Assembly: GCF_004010195.1 (NCBI RefSeq)
Contig: NC_057758.1
Span: 2,392,205 to 2,456,204, forward strand
Reading direction: 5' to 3'
Source of the DNA: Chiloscyllium plagiosum
Taxonomy: Eukaryota
Length of the DNA: 64,000 nucleotides
Shown in pieces: positions 51,481 through 64,000 of this stretch. The translations under genes were made by a program, and so were the position numbers. Each line of letters begins with the position of its first letter. Position 1 is the first letter of the stretch. The notes under the pieces were generated by a model. The model ran no database searches and was not told the origin of the DNA. It worked only from the letters and a program-made list of their open reading frames with translations.

Positions 51481-54081
51481 TCTCCATCTATATTTCGACT
51501 GACAAATGACAAGTAACATGTACTTCACACAAATGTGAATTAACAATCTTCAATAAGAGACTATCCAAACACTACAACTTGACAAACAAATCATTGCCAT
51601 CGCTGAATGACCCACGAAGTGAATCCCAGTATTTGCCATTGTCCAGAAAATAAACTGGAATCATCATACCAACACAGTGGCTCGGAGAAGAGATCAGATG
51701 CAAGAGGTAAATCGCCTCTGGATCCTCCAAAATCTGCCCAACACGTACAGTGTGAATGTCCAGAGTGTGATGGAACATTGCACAACTTTTCATGATTGGA
51801 TGCAGATGCAACAATACTCAAGAAGCTTGCAACTATCTCTGTCAAAGCAGCCCCCTTGATTGGCACAACGCCAACAAACATCTGCTTTCTTCACCACCGA
51901 CGCGCCGTCACAGCATTGTGTACAATCGACAAGATACAATGAGATCAGGACAGGCTTCGGGTAAGGTTTAGGGTGAGGGTGAGGACTAAAGATATGGTTA
52001 TGGTTAATGTTAAGGTTACAGTTAAGGTTAAGAATTGTTTTCGCACTCGGTCCGGGTCACTCCATCTGAGGGCAATCAAAATCTATTTTCTTTGGGCGAC
52101 AACTGCACATCGCAGTCCAGCAGACAGCATTGACAGCTGACAGAAGCATTTCCTGGAAGTAAATGTTTTTAAGAAGGATCTGAGAGTGTCGTGATGATAT
52201 AGGGAGGGAATTCCACAAACACGGAGGCGGACAGTTGGACACCCAGGTCTACCAGGGACAAAGTCTTGGATTGCTGATGAAGGCTGAACTTAAAAGATCG
52301 CAAAAGTAGATAACGCAGAGAAAGAGTTGTCACTCGGGCAATCACAACAAATTTGCTGAACAGTTGCATTTTCCACAATTGTGAGTTTATCAATTAGTTA
52401 ACTGAGAGGCAGAACTGATTGCCAGAAGTCACCCGCTTGTCTGTCAAGGTTGTGACTCAGCGTGCAATGTCTTCACCTCAAACCTAGAAGCTCTGGTTAT
52501 TGTCAGCCATCTGGGGTTTCGAATTCCACTGCAGAATTGATTCAAATAACTCGTTCTGGAGTTAAAAATCAACTGATTGCTATGGCACCATTGTTCATTG
52601 ATGTTCAACAAAATCAGAATTCACTAATGCAATTTCGGGTAGGACGTATGCTGCCCTTTTCTATTCTATGTGCATTTCCAAACTCTGACACTGCTTTGAC
52701 CGATTCTGAATTGTCCTCTGAAACAGCCATTCATTTCAAGGGGGACAAAGGACAGGCACTAAATGTGGTCTGGCCTATGATGCAATAATACTCCATCATC
52801 TGGCTCTGGGTCATGTGAGCCCTGGAAAGGCTGGACATAAGATCATTCAACTGTGCTCTCAATAAAGGTGCTATTTGTTTAACACCGTGCAAAGTCTTTA
52901 TTTTCAATTATCCTTTACGAGCTGTGCGTGATGCAGTGTCGCAGAATAAAAGAGCAATCCATGTTCTGCCAGAGTTAAATAGGTCTTCACTCCACTGCCT
53001 GCAGATCCCATCCAGTACCTTCAAAACATTCGAATTGGCTGAAGTCAGAGACCTTCCGTGCACTAGACTTGAGGAGGAGGGGGGCCAACATGGATGATCT
53101 AATAAATTAATCTGGCTGAACGTCAGTGCAAATGTTTCAGCCTTCATAGATACACCGATGTTGACAGAGCCATCCACCCCGCAGGATGAGGTCTAACCAT
53201 CACATTGCGCACAAAAAGAAGCAGTAGACCATTCAACCCATCGAGATTGCTCCTTCATTTAGTGATATCACGGCCTACCTAATCATCATTTCGTGCACCT
53301 TCCTGCTGACTTCCTGTTACTCGTGATTCCACTGTTGATTCCAGATAGAGGTGCTGGCGTACTGCCAGCAAAATAAGGTTCTCCTGCTGACATAGTCTCA
53401 GACATCATGGAGTTCCAAAGACAAGGTTGAGGAGTCCAGGGACAAGTGCCTCTGTCTGCTCCAATTACGACTTAGCTTGTGGGTCTGTCCTGTTATTGCA
53501 ACATGACAGAATCACTAACTCAGGAGGGGAATTTGACTTTTCAACATGGATGTGTGAGTACAGCAATTTGAGAACTTCATAATGCTGAAGGAGCCCTAAA
53601 CATTTCGGTCTCCCATCCATTCCTGTCAATATTTTTTTTTTATTTTAGACACTCGTTGGACTCGGGCATTAATGGCTGTGCTAGTATTTATTGCCGTCTG
53701 GGGTTGTCACTTTGAGAAAGTGGTGGTGGCCTTCTTCAGCCACAATCCACATGCTGTCAGTAAATCTATAATTTCTTTGGGGGTTGAGTTCCAGGATTTT
53801 GATCCAGCGACACCAAAAGAATGTAATATATTTCCAAGTTGTTGAGTGGCTACTGTGGAACTTGCAGCGGTGGGTGTGGGGTTTTCCCATGAATATGTTG
53901 CCTTTGGTCGCTAAGTGGAAATGGTTGCGGATTTAGGAGGTGCTGTCTTAGGATCTTGGTGAAATTCTGCAGTCCATCTGAGAGATAGTGCACACTGCTG
54001 CGACTGAGCTTCGGTGATGGAGGGAATGGCGGCTTATGCATGTGGTGCCAATCAAGTGGGCTGCTTTAGCCTGGATAGTGA

Positions 54082-55340
54082 GGTAAAAACAATGACTGCA
54101 GATGCTGGAAACCAGATTCTGGATCAGTGGTGCTGGAAGAGCACAGCAATTCAGGCAGCATTCGAAAAGCTTCGAAATCGACGTTTCGGACAAAAGCCCT
54201 TCATCAGGAATAAAGGCAGAGAGCCTGAAGCATGGAGAGATAAGCTAGAGGAGGGTGGGAGTGGGGATAGAGTAGCATCGAGTACAATAGGTCAGTGGGG
54301 GAGGAGATGAAGGTGATAGGTCAGGGAGGAGAGGGTGGAGTGGATAGGTGGAAAAGGAGCTGGGCAGGTCGGACAAGTCCGGACAAGTCAAGGGGATCGT
54401 GTTGCTGGAGGTTAGAAACTAGGATGAGGTGGGGGAAGGGGAAATGAGGAAGCTGGTGAAATCCACATTGATGCCCTGGGGTTGAAGTGTTCCGAGGCGG
54501 AAGATGAGGCATTCTTCCTCCAGGCGTCTGGTGGTGAGGGAGCGCTTTAGGGAACATCTCCGAGACACCCACACCAATCAACCAAATCGCCCAGTGGCCC
54601 AACATTTCAACNNNNNNNNNNNNNNNNNNNNNNNNNNNNNNNNNNNNNNNNNNNNNNNNNNNNNNNNNNNNNNNNNNNNNNNNNNNNNNNNNNNNNNNNN
54701 NNNNNNNNNNNNNNNNNNNNNNNNNNNNNNNNNNNNNNNNNNNNNNNNNNNNNNNNNNNNNNNNNNNNNNNNNNNNNNNNNNNNNNNNNNNNNNNNNNNN
54801 NNNNNNNNNNNNNNNNNNNNNNNNNNNNNNNNNNNNNNNNNNNNNNNNNNNNNNNNNNNNNNNNNNNNNNNNNNNNNNNNNNNNNNNNNNNNNNNNNNNN
54901 NNNNNNNNNNNNNNNNNNNNNNNNNNNNNNNNNNNNNNNNNNNNNNNNNNNNNNNNNNNNNNNNNNNNNNNNNNNNNNNNNNNNNNNNNNNNNNNNNNNN
55001 NNNNNNNNNNNNNNNNNNNNNNNNNNNNNNNNNNNNNNNNNNNNNNNNNNNNNNNNNNNNNNNNNNNNNNNNNNNNNNNNNNNNNNNNNNNNNNNNNNNN
55101 NNGGACTATGAGGTTGGAAGTTGTGGGTGGGAGATCTCCTGAGGTGATGAGGTTCTGTATGGTCTGGGAGATGATGGTTTGGTGATGGCGGGTGGTTTCA
55201 TGGTCAAGGGGGCGGTAGGAAGAGGTGTCCTCGAGTTGGTGTTTGGCTTCAGCGATGTAGAGGTCAGTGCGCCAGACTACCACTGCGCCCCCTTTGTCCG
55301 CTGGCTTGATGGTGAGGTCAGGATTGGAGCAGAGGGATTA
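54082..55340 (-). mobile_element. Penelope-like element with inversion, spanning a 491-N gap (54612-55102)
   Basis: Minus strand gives TIKPADKGGAVVVWRTDLYIAEA (PLE DKG motif). Plus strand gives ERFREHLRDTHTNQPNRPVAQHFN (GIY-YIG C-terminal part). Terminal repeat at 54082-54240. Confidence 0.88.
54177..54211 (-). ncRNA. Minimal hammerhead ribozyme motif
   Basis: Minus strand reads ATTC-CTGATGA-A-GGGC(TTTT)GTCC-GAAA-CG-TC-GAT, with a short stem I. Confidence 0.6.
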
Positions 55341-56610
55341 AGTTGTACTTGCTAGGGTATTCGAGTTTCATCATTTTCAAAATGCTCTCTCTCTCTCTCA
55401 TTCTGCTCTTTCCTCAGTTTTACTTTGGGAATTCAGCCTGGGGAACTGATTTCCATCATTCATTCACAAAAACATGACTATCGAAAGACAGGCGGACAGC
55501 AAACTATGTAGAAGCAAACTGGGTACAATGCTCCCAGTTGGTGTCCCATGTTATCTGGATCAAAACTGTGGGCAGTCGATGTTTCGCATTTATGCAAATA
55601 GGGAGAGTGGTTGACTGATCTCTCTGATTAAGTGAAAGTGATACATTTGTATGACTGTTCGAGGTGATCACCTGATCAAATTATATTTGTTGTCTCTGTG
55701 ATTAAGTCAAATTCCCAATATCATGACAGATGGGACACGCTGCGGTGTTCACAGTGATCGTGGGAGCAACTGTGAAATGTGGGAACCTAGGTAGCAGTGT
55801 CCAACACACCGTCAAACACAGCAACGCCATTTTAGTCCCAGATATTTTGCTACCTTCAGAATTCAGGTTGTTTTTCGCTTACAGTGAAATAGCAGCACCC
55901 TTTCAAAATTGGGTGCTTTGCTAGCTATTCAAAATGGCCGTACCAGAGTGAGCATATCTGCTGTCCAAACACTTGGTCTGTGATTTTACTTTCTCATTGG
56001 AGACCAGGCAGGAGAATGAAGTTGAGGCTGAGATGAAATAAGCCATGATTGAAAGTTTGAAACTGAGTTCTGGAAAGAAATGCATACCTGTAAGGCGCGT
56101 GGTGATAAATAAACGATTGCCTAACCCATTAATGATTGGACTGAGATCTATCCAACACCAAGACACTTTACATTCTACAACGTATTGGACTGTGTAAGAC
56201 TGCATTCTGTGTTTTAGGGAAAGCAGATTCAAATAACAAATGAACATTTACATCACAAAATATATTGTGTGGATTTGATGCTTCCTCGTACAATAATGTC
56301 AAATAAAAGATGCAGGTATTCATAATATTATGATTACAAGATCTGCAATCCCGTTTACATCTAGAACCAGTAAAGATGCAACAGACTAAAGGAACATCAG
56401 GATGCTCTCCCATTACAAGGAGAAACGTAATTTTGATATTATTCTGAGGGTCACCACAATTCAAAGGAGAGGACAAGAGTGAGGAGGTGTGACATATGGT
56501 AACATTAGTTGGGGCCAATTTTGTTTTTTTTTAGTGCATGTTTCACTGTTTCAGTTGCAAATCAAGATTGGCATATCTTAATAATTGATGAGGGAGAGGT
56601 AGAGATGAGA

Positions 56611-57000
56611 TGTTATTATGGACCAGGTGAAACCTCCTCTAAGTATATTAATAAGGTAACCGAGACTCTAATCTTTTTCTTATATTAAAGGTAAGTGTAA
56701 AGTTTTGCTTTGCAGATGCAATTTGATTGATCAAACTACTCGATGTTAAGCAAACACATACTTTACTTTTATGCTACAATTAAAATCGAGACAAAATGAA
56801 AATAAAAGAATTAATTGGCTTAACTAATTAACTGTTCCAATATTTTAAGACTCAATTGCACACCGTGGGCACAATCAAATTCAGTAAAACAGGTTGTCTC
56901 ACATGGAATTCTAACAGCAGGAAGGTAACTCCCAACTTTTAGCTGCAATAGAGATAGGAATTAGAGCTTACTCCCACCACTGAACGCCTCCATTTTGCTT
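56611..57000 (-). mobile_element. Partial LTR related to the solo LTR at 58173-58851
   Basis: tgttattatggaccagg...gatgcaatttgattgatcaaac...actttac resembles the reverse complement of 58700-58851. Confidence 0.5.
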
Positions 57001-58172
57001 CATCAATGTCACGACAACACATCAGCAATTAAAAGCTCTTGTCCTGCCATGTGCATAATTTTCAAATTGAAAGGCTGCAATAATAAGCTTCACCTAAAAC
57101 GTCGAGAATGTTTATTCTTTTCTTTTGCCCCGAACTTTAAGGGGCTATGATCAGTATGTACAATTGTCTCAGACACATTAACGGCAATATAAATGCTGAA
57201 ATGTCAATTAGAATTATTCACCATGGTTTTGTGCGGGGAAAATCGTGTCTCACAAACTCGATTTGAGTTTTTTTTTGAGAAAATTTTCAAGGATCTTAAT
57301 GATGGCAGAGCAGCAGGCGATATTTACTTGGATTTCTGTGAAGCCTTTGACAAGGTTCCATATGGTAGACGAATTCGTAAAGTTCGGTCGCCTCGGATTC
57401 TGGTAGAGTTTGTGAATTGGGCACATTCGCTTACTGATAGGACGCAGAGCTTCGTGGTAGAGTGTTGCTTTCCAAACTGGAGGCCTGTCACCAGGGATGT
57501 TCCACAGGGATCGGTTCTGGGTCCTCTTTTCTTTGTCGTTTATATAAATGATTTATACAAGAATATGGAAGACGTGGTTAGTAAGTTTACAGATGACATC
57601 AAAATTGGTTGTCTACTAGAGTGAAGAATATTTTCAAAGAGTACAGAGGGATCTTGATCGAATGGTTCCATGGGCTGAAAATTGGCAGATCGAGTTCAGT
57701 CTGGAGAAATGCTAAATTTTGCATTTTATACAATAAACTAAGGTAGTATTGTTACAATTGATATAATTGGTACAATTGCTGGTAGGGGCTTGGATAAAGT
57801 TGCAGAACAAAGGCAGCGAGGCGTTCAGGTACATAATTCGTTGAGGCTCGCGTCACATATGAACAAATTAGTTGAAAGGCATTCGGCATGCTTGCCTACA
57901 TTACTAAGTCAAATGAGTATCAGAGTTAGGAATTTATGTTGCGGTATTACAAGACATTGGTGAAGCCTCTTTTCGAATATCGTGTCTAGCTCTGTTATCC
58001 AGTTACCCCAAGGATATTATTGAGTTGGAGAGGTGTCAGAAGAGATTTATCAATGTATTCCGGCTCTCGAATGTTTGAGTTGCAAAAAACGACTGAATCA
58101 GCTGGGAACTTCTTTCTCAGGAATATTGGAGGTTGAGAGGCGGCCTGAGAGAAGTTTAATCAATAATGAAGT

Positions 58173-58851
58173 TGTAATTATGACGCTCCTTCTGCAAGGT
58201 TATTTTTTCTTTGTTTCTCTTTATTTTTTGAGGAGATCGTAAAAGACGCAGATTCTGCAAAGCCTGGGTTTGAAGGATGAATTTTAGGGCCAATTTAATT
58301 GTAGCCAACAGATACTGACTCAGGTCAAAGACTTTAAGCTTTCAAAAGAAACACTTTTGTGTAATGCAAAGGGTAGTGTCCATTTCTCCCAGCTCAACAA
58401 TATTTCAATTTGATTTGATCTGGCTGTTCACTGACACCGATCAGGCAGTTGTGAAGCTGCTGGGCCCAAAGAAGCTGATCCATACTGATCCCTCTCTCTC
58501 TCTCTCTCTCTCTCGCTCTCTCTCTCCGATCCTCCTCTCCTGTAAGCACTTATGTCTGAATTCAACGTTTGTGCTAAGGGGTGTTTATGGGGATAATTGG
58601 AAGTAGTTAGAAGAGCATCATGAAGTTTAGATAATCTTTCGGATCGGATACGTTATTCAGTATTTTGTTCTCCTTTTTTGTATTTCATTCGGTCATCTTG
58701 TAAATAAAGTTTGTTTTGTTTCAATGAAGTGATTTGACCAGTTGCATCCCGCCAGGAATATTCACGTTACACCTGCTTGTAACAAATGGTAAAGTTAGGG
58801 TCTGGGCCATTTTCTTGAAACGTTTGAGGGGGCCTGGCCTGGTCCATAACA
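58173..58851 (+). mobile_element. Probable solo LTR
   Basis: TGTAA...TAACA termini, internal (CT)n and AATAAA at about 58703. It cleanly interrupts the CR1 sequence, with flanks AAGT/AAGG. Confidence 0.6.
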
Positions 58852-58999
58852 AAGGTTACAGAGTTAATCATTGTTGCCCCGGAATGGGATATTTCCAAAG
58901 TTTGAGAACATTTTTAAGGTGAGAGTAGAGAGATTAAAAAATCAGTATGAAGGCCTGCATTTTCTTTTCAACAGAGACCAATTTGCGTGTGGAATGTTG

Positions 59000-59212
59000 T
59001 TGAGCAGCCATAATCTTACCAGACCATAAGGGTCTTATCAGAAAGAAGCAACTAATGGTGATTTTAACCTTAACATCACCAGAGCTCAGGCGAGGGAAAA
59101 GGTTAGAAGCAAAGACCTTCATGGGCACTTCAAACCTGTGATGGGTATTGAGCCCACGCTGTTGGTACCATACTGCTCTGCAAATCAAGGATCCAGCCAA
59201 CTGAGCAAAACC
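59000..59212 (-). mobile_element. tRNA-derived SINE (different family from HE1)
   Basis: Minus strand begins gctcagttggctgga...gggctcaataccc (A/B-box-like) and interrupts the CR1 3' region. Confidence 0.55.
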
Positions 59213-59889
59213 AACTCGTGCAGGTGTTGCAACATCTAGAGGAAGCAATGGATGTGGAAATGAAAGCAACGTTTAAAAGACATCCGGTTAAGTACGTGAA
59301 TACAAAAGATTTGGAGGGATATTGTCCAGGAGCAGGCAGGTGGGGCTATTTAATTTTGGATAATGTCTAACATGACAGGTTGAACCCGGAAGTCTGTTTT
59401 CGTGCTGTATGACTCAATTACTCTAAGACGGCATTCCTAAGAGTGTAACATTCTGCACTGCACTCAGATTCTTCTTTGGTATATGATTTTTGATCCAGCT
59501 ACTTCAAATTGCTTATCTTTATTCTTTGATTTCTCCTCCTGCTCCAGCATGTGGCTTTGTGAGCATATTGTCACACAGTTATGAAAATCACAAGATTTAC
59601 TTGAATTTCCATTATTTTTTCAACCTCTCCCACTTGTGATCCAGTTATATCGTTATCAAGTATAAACCGTAATTTTGGTATTGAGAATTTCTCTGTTACT
59701 CCTGCCACGATCTCATCGCATTACACCAGACTCTCCAACCCCTCTTTGTAACTATGGCTTCACGAACTGCTTATTCTCGTGGCTGTGCATAGATTTCTCA
59801 GCACCTCTGCCTGAAAACCTGTTAACAAACAATAGCACAGGATAAAATGCATCCATTAAAACCATCATATCATCGCAGACACCTCTCTA

Positions 59890-60620
59890 TACGAGAAACT
59901 ATTGCTTCATCTCAGTTCTCCCACGTCTCCTGTACTGTATCCTTTAGTTATATAATCCCTTAACTCGGGAATCATCGTCACTGTAACTACTTCGTTCAAA
60001 TATGATAGAATTTTGTAGATTTCAGTCAGATTCTCTCTTATGCTTCTCAACACACGTGAATACTTAGTTGACCAAACCTTTCCTCATGGGATAGACCTAC
60101 CATTCCCAATATCAGCCTCATAAACCTCCGCCGCAGTCCGTCAATGTCATGGATATCCTCTCTTCCTTACCTTTTGGAAGCCAAAGTTGTATGCACTACT
60201 ACAGGCCTGATCGCTAAAGTCTCTGCAAAACTGCTGTAAGGTATCCCTACTTGTTAACTCCAATCCTCTTGCAATGAAGACCCATGCATTATTTATCTTC
60301 TCATTGCTTGCTGCCCCACATATCTATTTCCAGTGACTGTTGTAGGAGGGCACCCAGATCGATCAGAGCATCCACATATTGCAATTTATCGTCATTTCTA
60401 CAATGGTCCTCCTTTCTATTTTTCACACCGAGCCATAAAACTTCACATATAGCCACTTTGGACTGCAGCTACCATGTGTTTCCCGACTCACTCAACTTGT
60501 TGAGAAAACTTCGACCCCTCCTTGCCACATCCCCACACTGCAACACAGTTCTGTGCTTTCAGAAACTTGGAAAATTTGTGAATCGTTCTATCATCAGGTC
60601 ATCTCTACAAACTGAGAATA
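59890..60620 (-). mobile_element. Old CR1 RT/3' fragment
   Basis: Degenerate CR1 C-terminal sequence on the minus strand. Confidence 0.55.
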
Positions 60621-63015
60621 CCTGGTGTCCAAGTGGTGTTTAAGGCAAAGGGATGTCTCACTTGTAGAAGCTTTCATTTTTGAAAAAGCCTGACAGATGC
60701 TCCTGTTAATGGAGGACGCGAAGGCTCATGAAATTGCAATGCAGTAAGCTGTCTAGGCTTTTGTTGAAATGTAAAAAGTGAAATGAAGACAATGAGCTGA
60801 ATCACCTCTTTTGGAACCTGAATGGAAAATACTCTAAATTTCTTGCTATCACGTCACATTTTCCATTTGAGTGTATTTACGAAAGAGTTTAACTGAACAG
60901 CCATAATAATATTATAGGGATGAGCCGGCTGCAAAATCTGTGTGGGCTCCTCGTGCTCTGAGTTTCTTTGCTTTATGTCCGAGGCTAAAGGAATCAAAGA
61001 GAGAAAGCAGGAGCAGGAACTGATTTATCTGACCATGTTGTGATTACATTGAATAGCAGGTCAGTTTCGAAGGTGAAATAAACAGCGACTACTCCTCTTC
61101 TATATGGAACTGGAGAAGTTGTGACAGGTAGCCACTCGTCAAGGGAGGAGAAGAGTAGATGTGACAGTAGCAGTCAAGATGAGGGGCGTCAACAGGATCG
61201 GTAGTCGTGAGGTTATTTCCAAAAGTTAGGATATGCAATCTCCTTATGACTTCGGTCACTCAGAAAACAACCAGAGATTTCCTCTGGAAGAAAAACATTT
61301 GTAGCTATGTGGGGAAACGTCAGTGTCGTGGGGAAAGGGAGAAAATCGATGCAATAAAAATGTTTTTTTTTGAGAGGCCGAATAGTCTTTCTTTAGTGCT
61401 GCATGATTCTGGAAAACTTGCATTGTCATTGGCAAAGGAGCGAGAATGTTATGGAATGTGAAATGTGGTTGGGGAGGAAATTCCAAATTGATCGACGTTC
61501 TTCTTTTAGTAAATGACCTTCAGGCCATTAACCTTCAAAATGCTGATCCTACTCTGGCATTCCAATGATGGCCAGCCTGACAGTTCTTAAATTCATGATG
61601 CCTAATGGCATTATAAATGGCTGTCCCGCTTGTTTGGTCGTCTGTGATTGGCAACAGGCTGCACTGCAAATCAATATCATTTCCATGGAGTTGAAAGCAT
61701 TGCTTACTCAGCTGAAAAATTCGGCTTGTTCTACTCAGATCTCCTCCATGAACAATCACACACCACTACGAATCTTCATCACTTTAATTATGCAAGCATC
61801 CAAGAAGCATAGAGATGAGGAACAGGTGAAGACCATTTGGCTGTTTAAGCGTTGTAAGAATAGTAATTATTTCTGCAGTTTTTGCGATTGTTATCCAAGT
61901 ACTGAATTCTGGAGAGACTTCCAGGTACATGGTTTTAACAATTTGGACAGTTTATTTGTGGAACAAGTAAATTTTCCTCTCAGGTTGAGGATCATAATGG
62001 AAAATAAAGACTTTTGCTTTTGTTTTAGGGGAAACAGCTGTCACCTGAGAAACACACATTTCCTGCTTGATTAGTCAGTCTTGCAGATGGCTTGGCGGTT
62101 GGTGTATATAGACCCATGGAGTCATACACCACTAAGCAGATCCTTCCGTCCAACTAGTACATGTCAAACATAATCCCACATTAAACCAGCCCCACCTGCC
62201 TAATCCTTGCCCTCCAAACCTTTGGTATTCTTTGATCCATCCAAATGTCGTTTTAGTTGTGATTGCACGCAAATCGTCCACGTGAGAAATAACCTCGGCA
62301 TTAAAAAAAGACTCTTGCCTTTTTAAAAATCTTTCTCCTCTCTTCTTAAAAAATGTGCCCACTAGTATTGAAATACCCCAACCGAGACACAAGACAACTA
62401 TCATTAATGCCAACAGTTTAGGGCTGGGAGGAAGCGATTCAGTTTTGAAGTTCCAGACCAGGACGGGTTGCTTAAATCTGGAAGTGCTTGTGTGAAATCG
62501 ATTAACTTTAAACTCCATTGTATGATGAAGAGATATAGAGGTTGCTAGATTCTGGTGGCACAGACTCCAGGATGTTCAACGGAACAGAGAGATCTTGGAA
62601 TGCTAATCCATAGATCTTTGAGGACGGACACAATCTGAGTTTGCATGTATACAGGATTCTTCCCTGTAACCCCAACATGATCTCAATGTAAGATTTTCTA
62701 TATCCACAACTGTGAATTCAAAAGTTGTACTATTCTTTCTCCAATGTTATGCTGACTGGTCTGTCGTTCAATGCTTTATGATTCTCCACTTCTACAGAAG
62801 TAAAGGCATTTACCAATGCTGAAGTCTTCTTAAACATTTGCCATCTATAAGAGCATGTTTGAAAATTTGTGACCAATGCTGCACTATTTTCACAATTCTG
62901 TTGCTCATTCGAAGTACTCTGACAGACTTGAAATATATTCAAATGTTTTCTGTTAGACTTTTGGTTAGAAAGGTGTTAATTGAACTTGTTTGTTCAAAGA
63001 CTGTGATTAATGTCA

Positions 63016-63046
63016 GTCTCTATGGATCCTAACTGTGACACTGGAA
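63016..63046 (+). promoter_or_regulatory. Candidate proximal promoter block of GPCR gene 2
   Basis: GTCTCTATGGATCCTAACTGTGACACTGGA is 23/30 identical to 20079-20108 and sits at a similar distance from the coding start. Confidence 0.4.
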
Positions 63047-63181
63047 GCTGCTCACCTTTTCACAAGAAGTCCCTGCTCTAGACGGGATTATAACACCGTG
63101 TGACTGGGAAACTGAACTCTGATGCTAATAACGACCAGCTATTCCAGACAGAAGGGATTCGGAGACAAGAATCTGAGAACA

Positions 63182-63341
63182 ATGGAACGGAATGCTTCTG
63201 CCATGGATAGGGATTTCACGTATGGTCTTCACTGGCTCTTTGCGGATCGACCTTGGATAACAGTAGCCCATCGAGTTTCATACGCACTTCAGGTTATACA
63301 GGGCGGCTATTACCCCATGCTTGCGATTTTTGGCATCCCTG
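63182..63341 (+). CDS. GPR139-like: GPR139-like GPCR, gene 2, coding exon 1 (exon 2 expected beyond the window)
   Basis: MERNASAMDRDF...LQVIQGGYYPMLAIFGIP aligns with gene 1 IIQHFYYPFLAIIGLP. It has the same phase-1 donor, CCTG|GTAAGT at 63341/63342. The start is ambiguous, with in-frame ATGs at 63122, 63182 and 63203. Confidence 0.8.
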
Positions 63342-64000
63342 GTAAGTATCCAAAAGCCATGTATAACCTATGTTACAGTTTTTCTTGTAGATATTTATGT
63401 ATCTATAGTCATCGTTATTATAAAACAGATATTTGCACTCCACTGTGAACTAAAACCGAAACACTCAAAGAGGAGCACCTCACCATATGATCTGGAGAAG
63501 GAGCATAAAAAGTGCTTTAGCCTGCTTTTCAGTAACTTCTCGCATTGGAATAAAATTACTCCTTGACACTTTAAAAATAACAAGTAGTAATTCGCTTATC
63601 TGAATCTAAGAGTGAACAGTTACTAAGTCATTAACAAGTAGAATAAATCCCTTCAACTAAATACTGTCCCCAAATAAAACAATATTGTGATGGTATGCTG
63701 TTCCACATCACCCCCGTTCATAAGTATAAAATGAACAACATTTATTCTGTTGAAATTACAGCCAGTATACAAGTCTTCCGGGATGTTCTGTGCTTTCTAC
63801 GCGTTTCTTCTGTCAGGAATACCTTCTCAATCATTTGTTGCTCAGATGGTCTTTTCTTGAAGAGAAAGATGAGGCCGTGAGAGCCAACGATTGACACTGG
63901 ACAGCTGAAGGCCGTTTACTCTGTCGGATGGCAGCTAGCTCTGAGGTCTTTTTACAACTGTCACCTTCTTTTTTACCCTTGATGACATGTCAATATTTCT

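Larger units (their letters stand above)
57190..59425 (+). mobile_element. Degraded CR1 LINE (RT to 3' end), interrupted by an LTR and a SINE
   Basis: YLDFCEAFDKVPYG, VPQGSVLGPLFFVVYINDL and KFTDDIK motifs. It resumes at 58852 and again at about 59215, ending gtgctgtatgactc. Confidence 0.85.

Noticed and set aside
51960..52032. Telomere-like hexamer tract (GGTTAA/GGTGAG/GGTTAT)
   Set aside because: Short and degenerate, with only one exact TTAGGG. Treated as a simple repeat.
56611..58851. Two related LTRs around an RT-coding region, suggesting a provirus
   Set aside because: The LTRs are in opposite orientation and diverged, and the enclosed RT is CR1 (non-LTR) type.
61565..62074. 169-aa ORF about 1 kb upstream of receptor gene 2
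   Set aside because: No recognisable motif, splice context or composition bias. It remains unexplained but unsupported; BLASTP would settle it.

Overview
Repeat-rich vertebrate genomic DNA, most likely a cartilaginous fish (shark). This is inferred from HE1-type V-SINEs with (TAATC)n tails, dense CR1 LINE debris and Penelope-like elements (PLEs). There are three assembly gaps. Host-gene content is one complete two-exon class A GPCR of the GPR139/GPR142-like type (exon 1 20264-20435, exon 2 26380-27281, 357 aa) and, about 43 kb downstream on the same strand, exon 1 of a divergent paralogue (ending at 63341). This points to a tandem receptor array. Both paralogues share a roughly 30-bp upstream block. 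In gene 1 it reads as a homeodomain site next to an O/E (EBF)-like site, the architecture known from olfactory receptor promoters, which raises the hypothesis of a GPR139-derived chemoreceptor family. Several PLE termini from at least four sequence families carry minimal hammerhead ribozyme cores, including a TSD-flanked element with a perfect 97-bp hairpin. Also present are a decayed LTR/ERV 5' end with a tRNA-Arg-like primer binding site, solo LTRs, nested CR1 insertions and local duplications. All family assignments come from motif recognition by eye; no database search was run.
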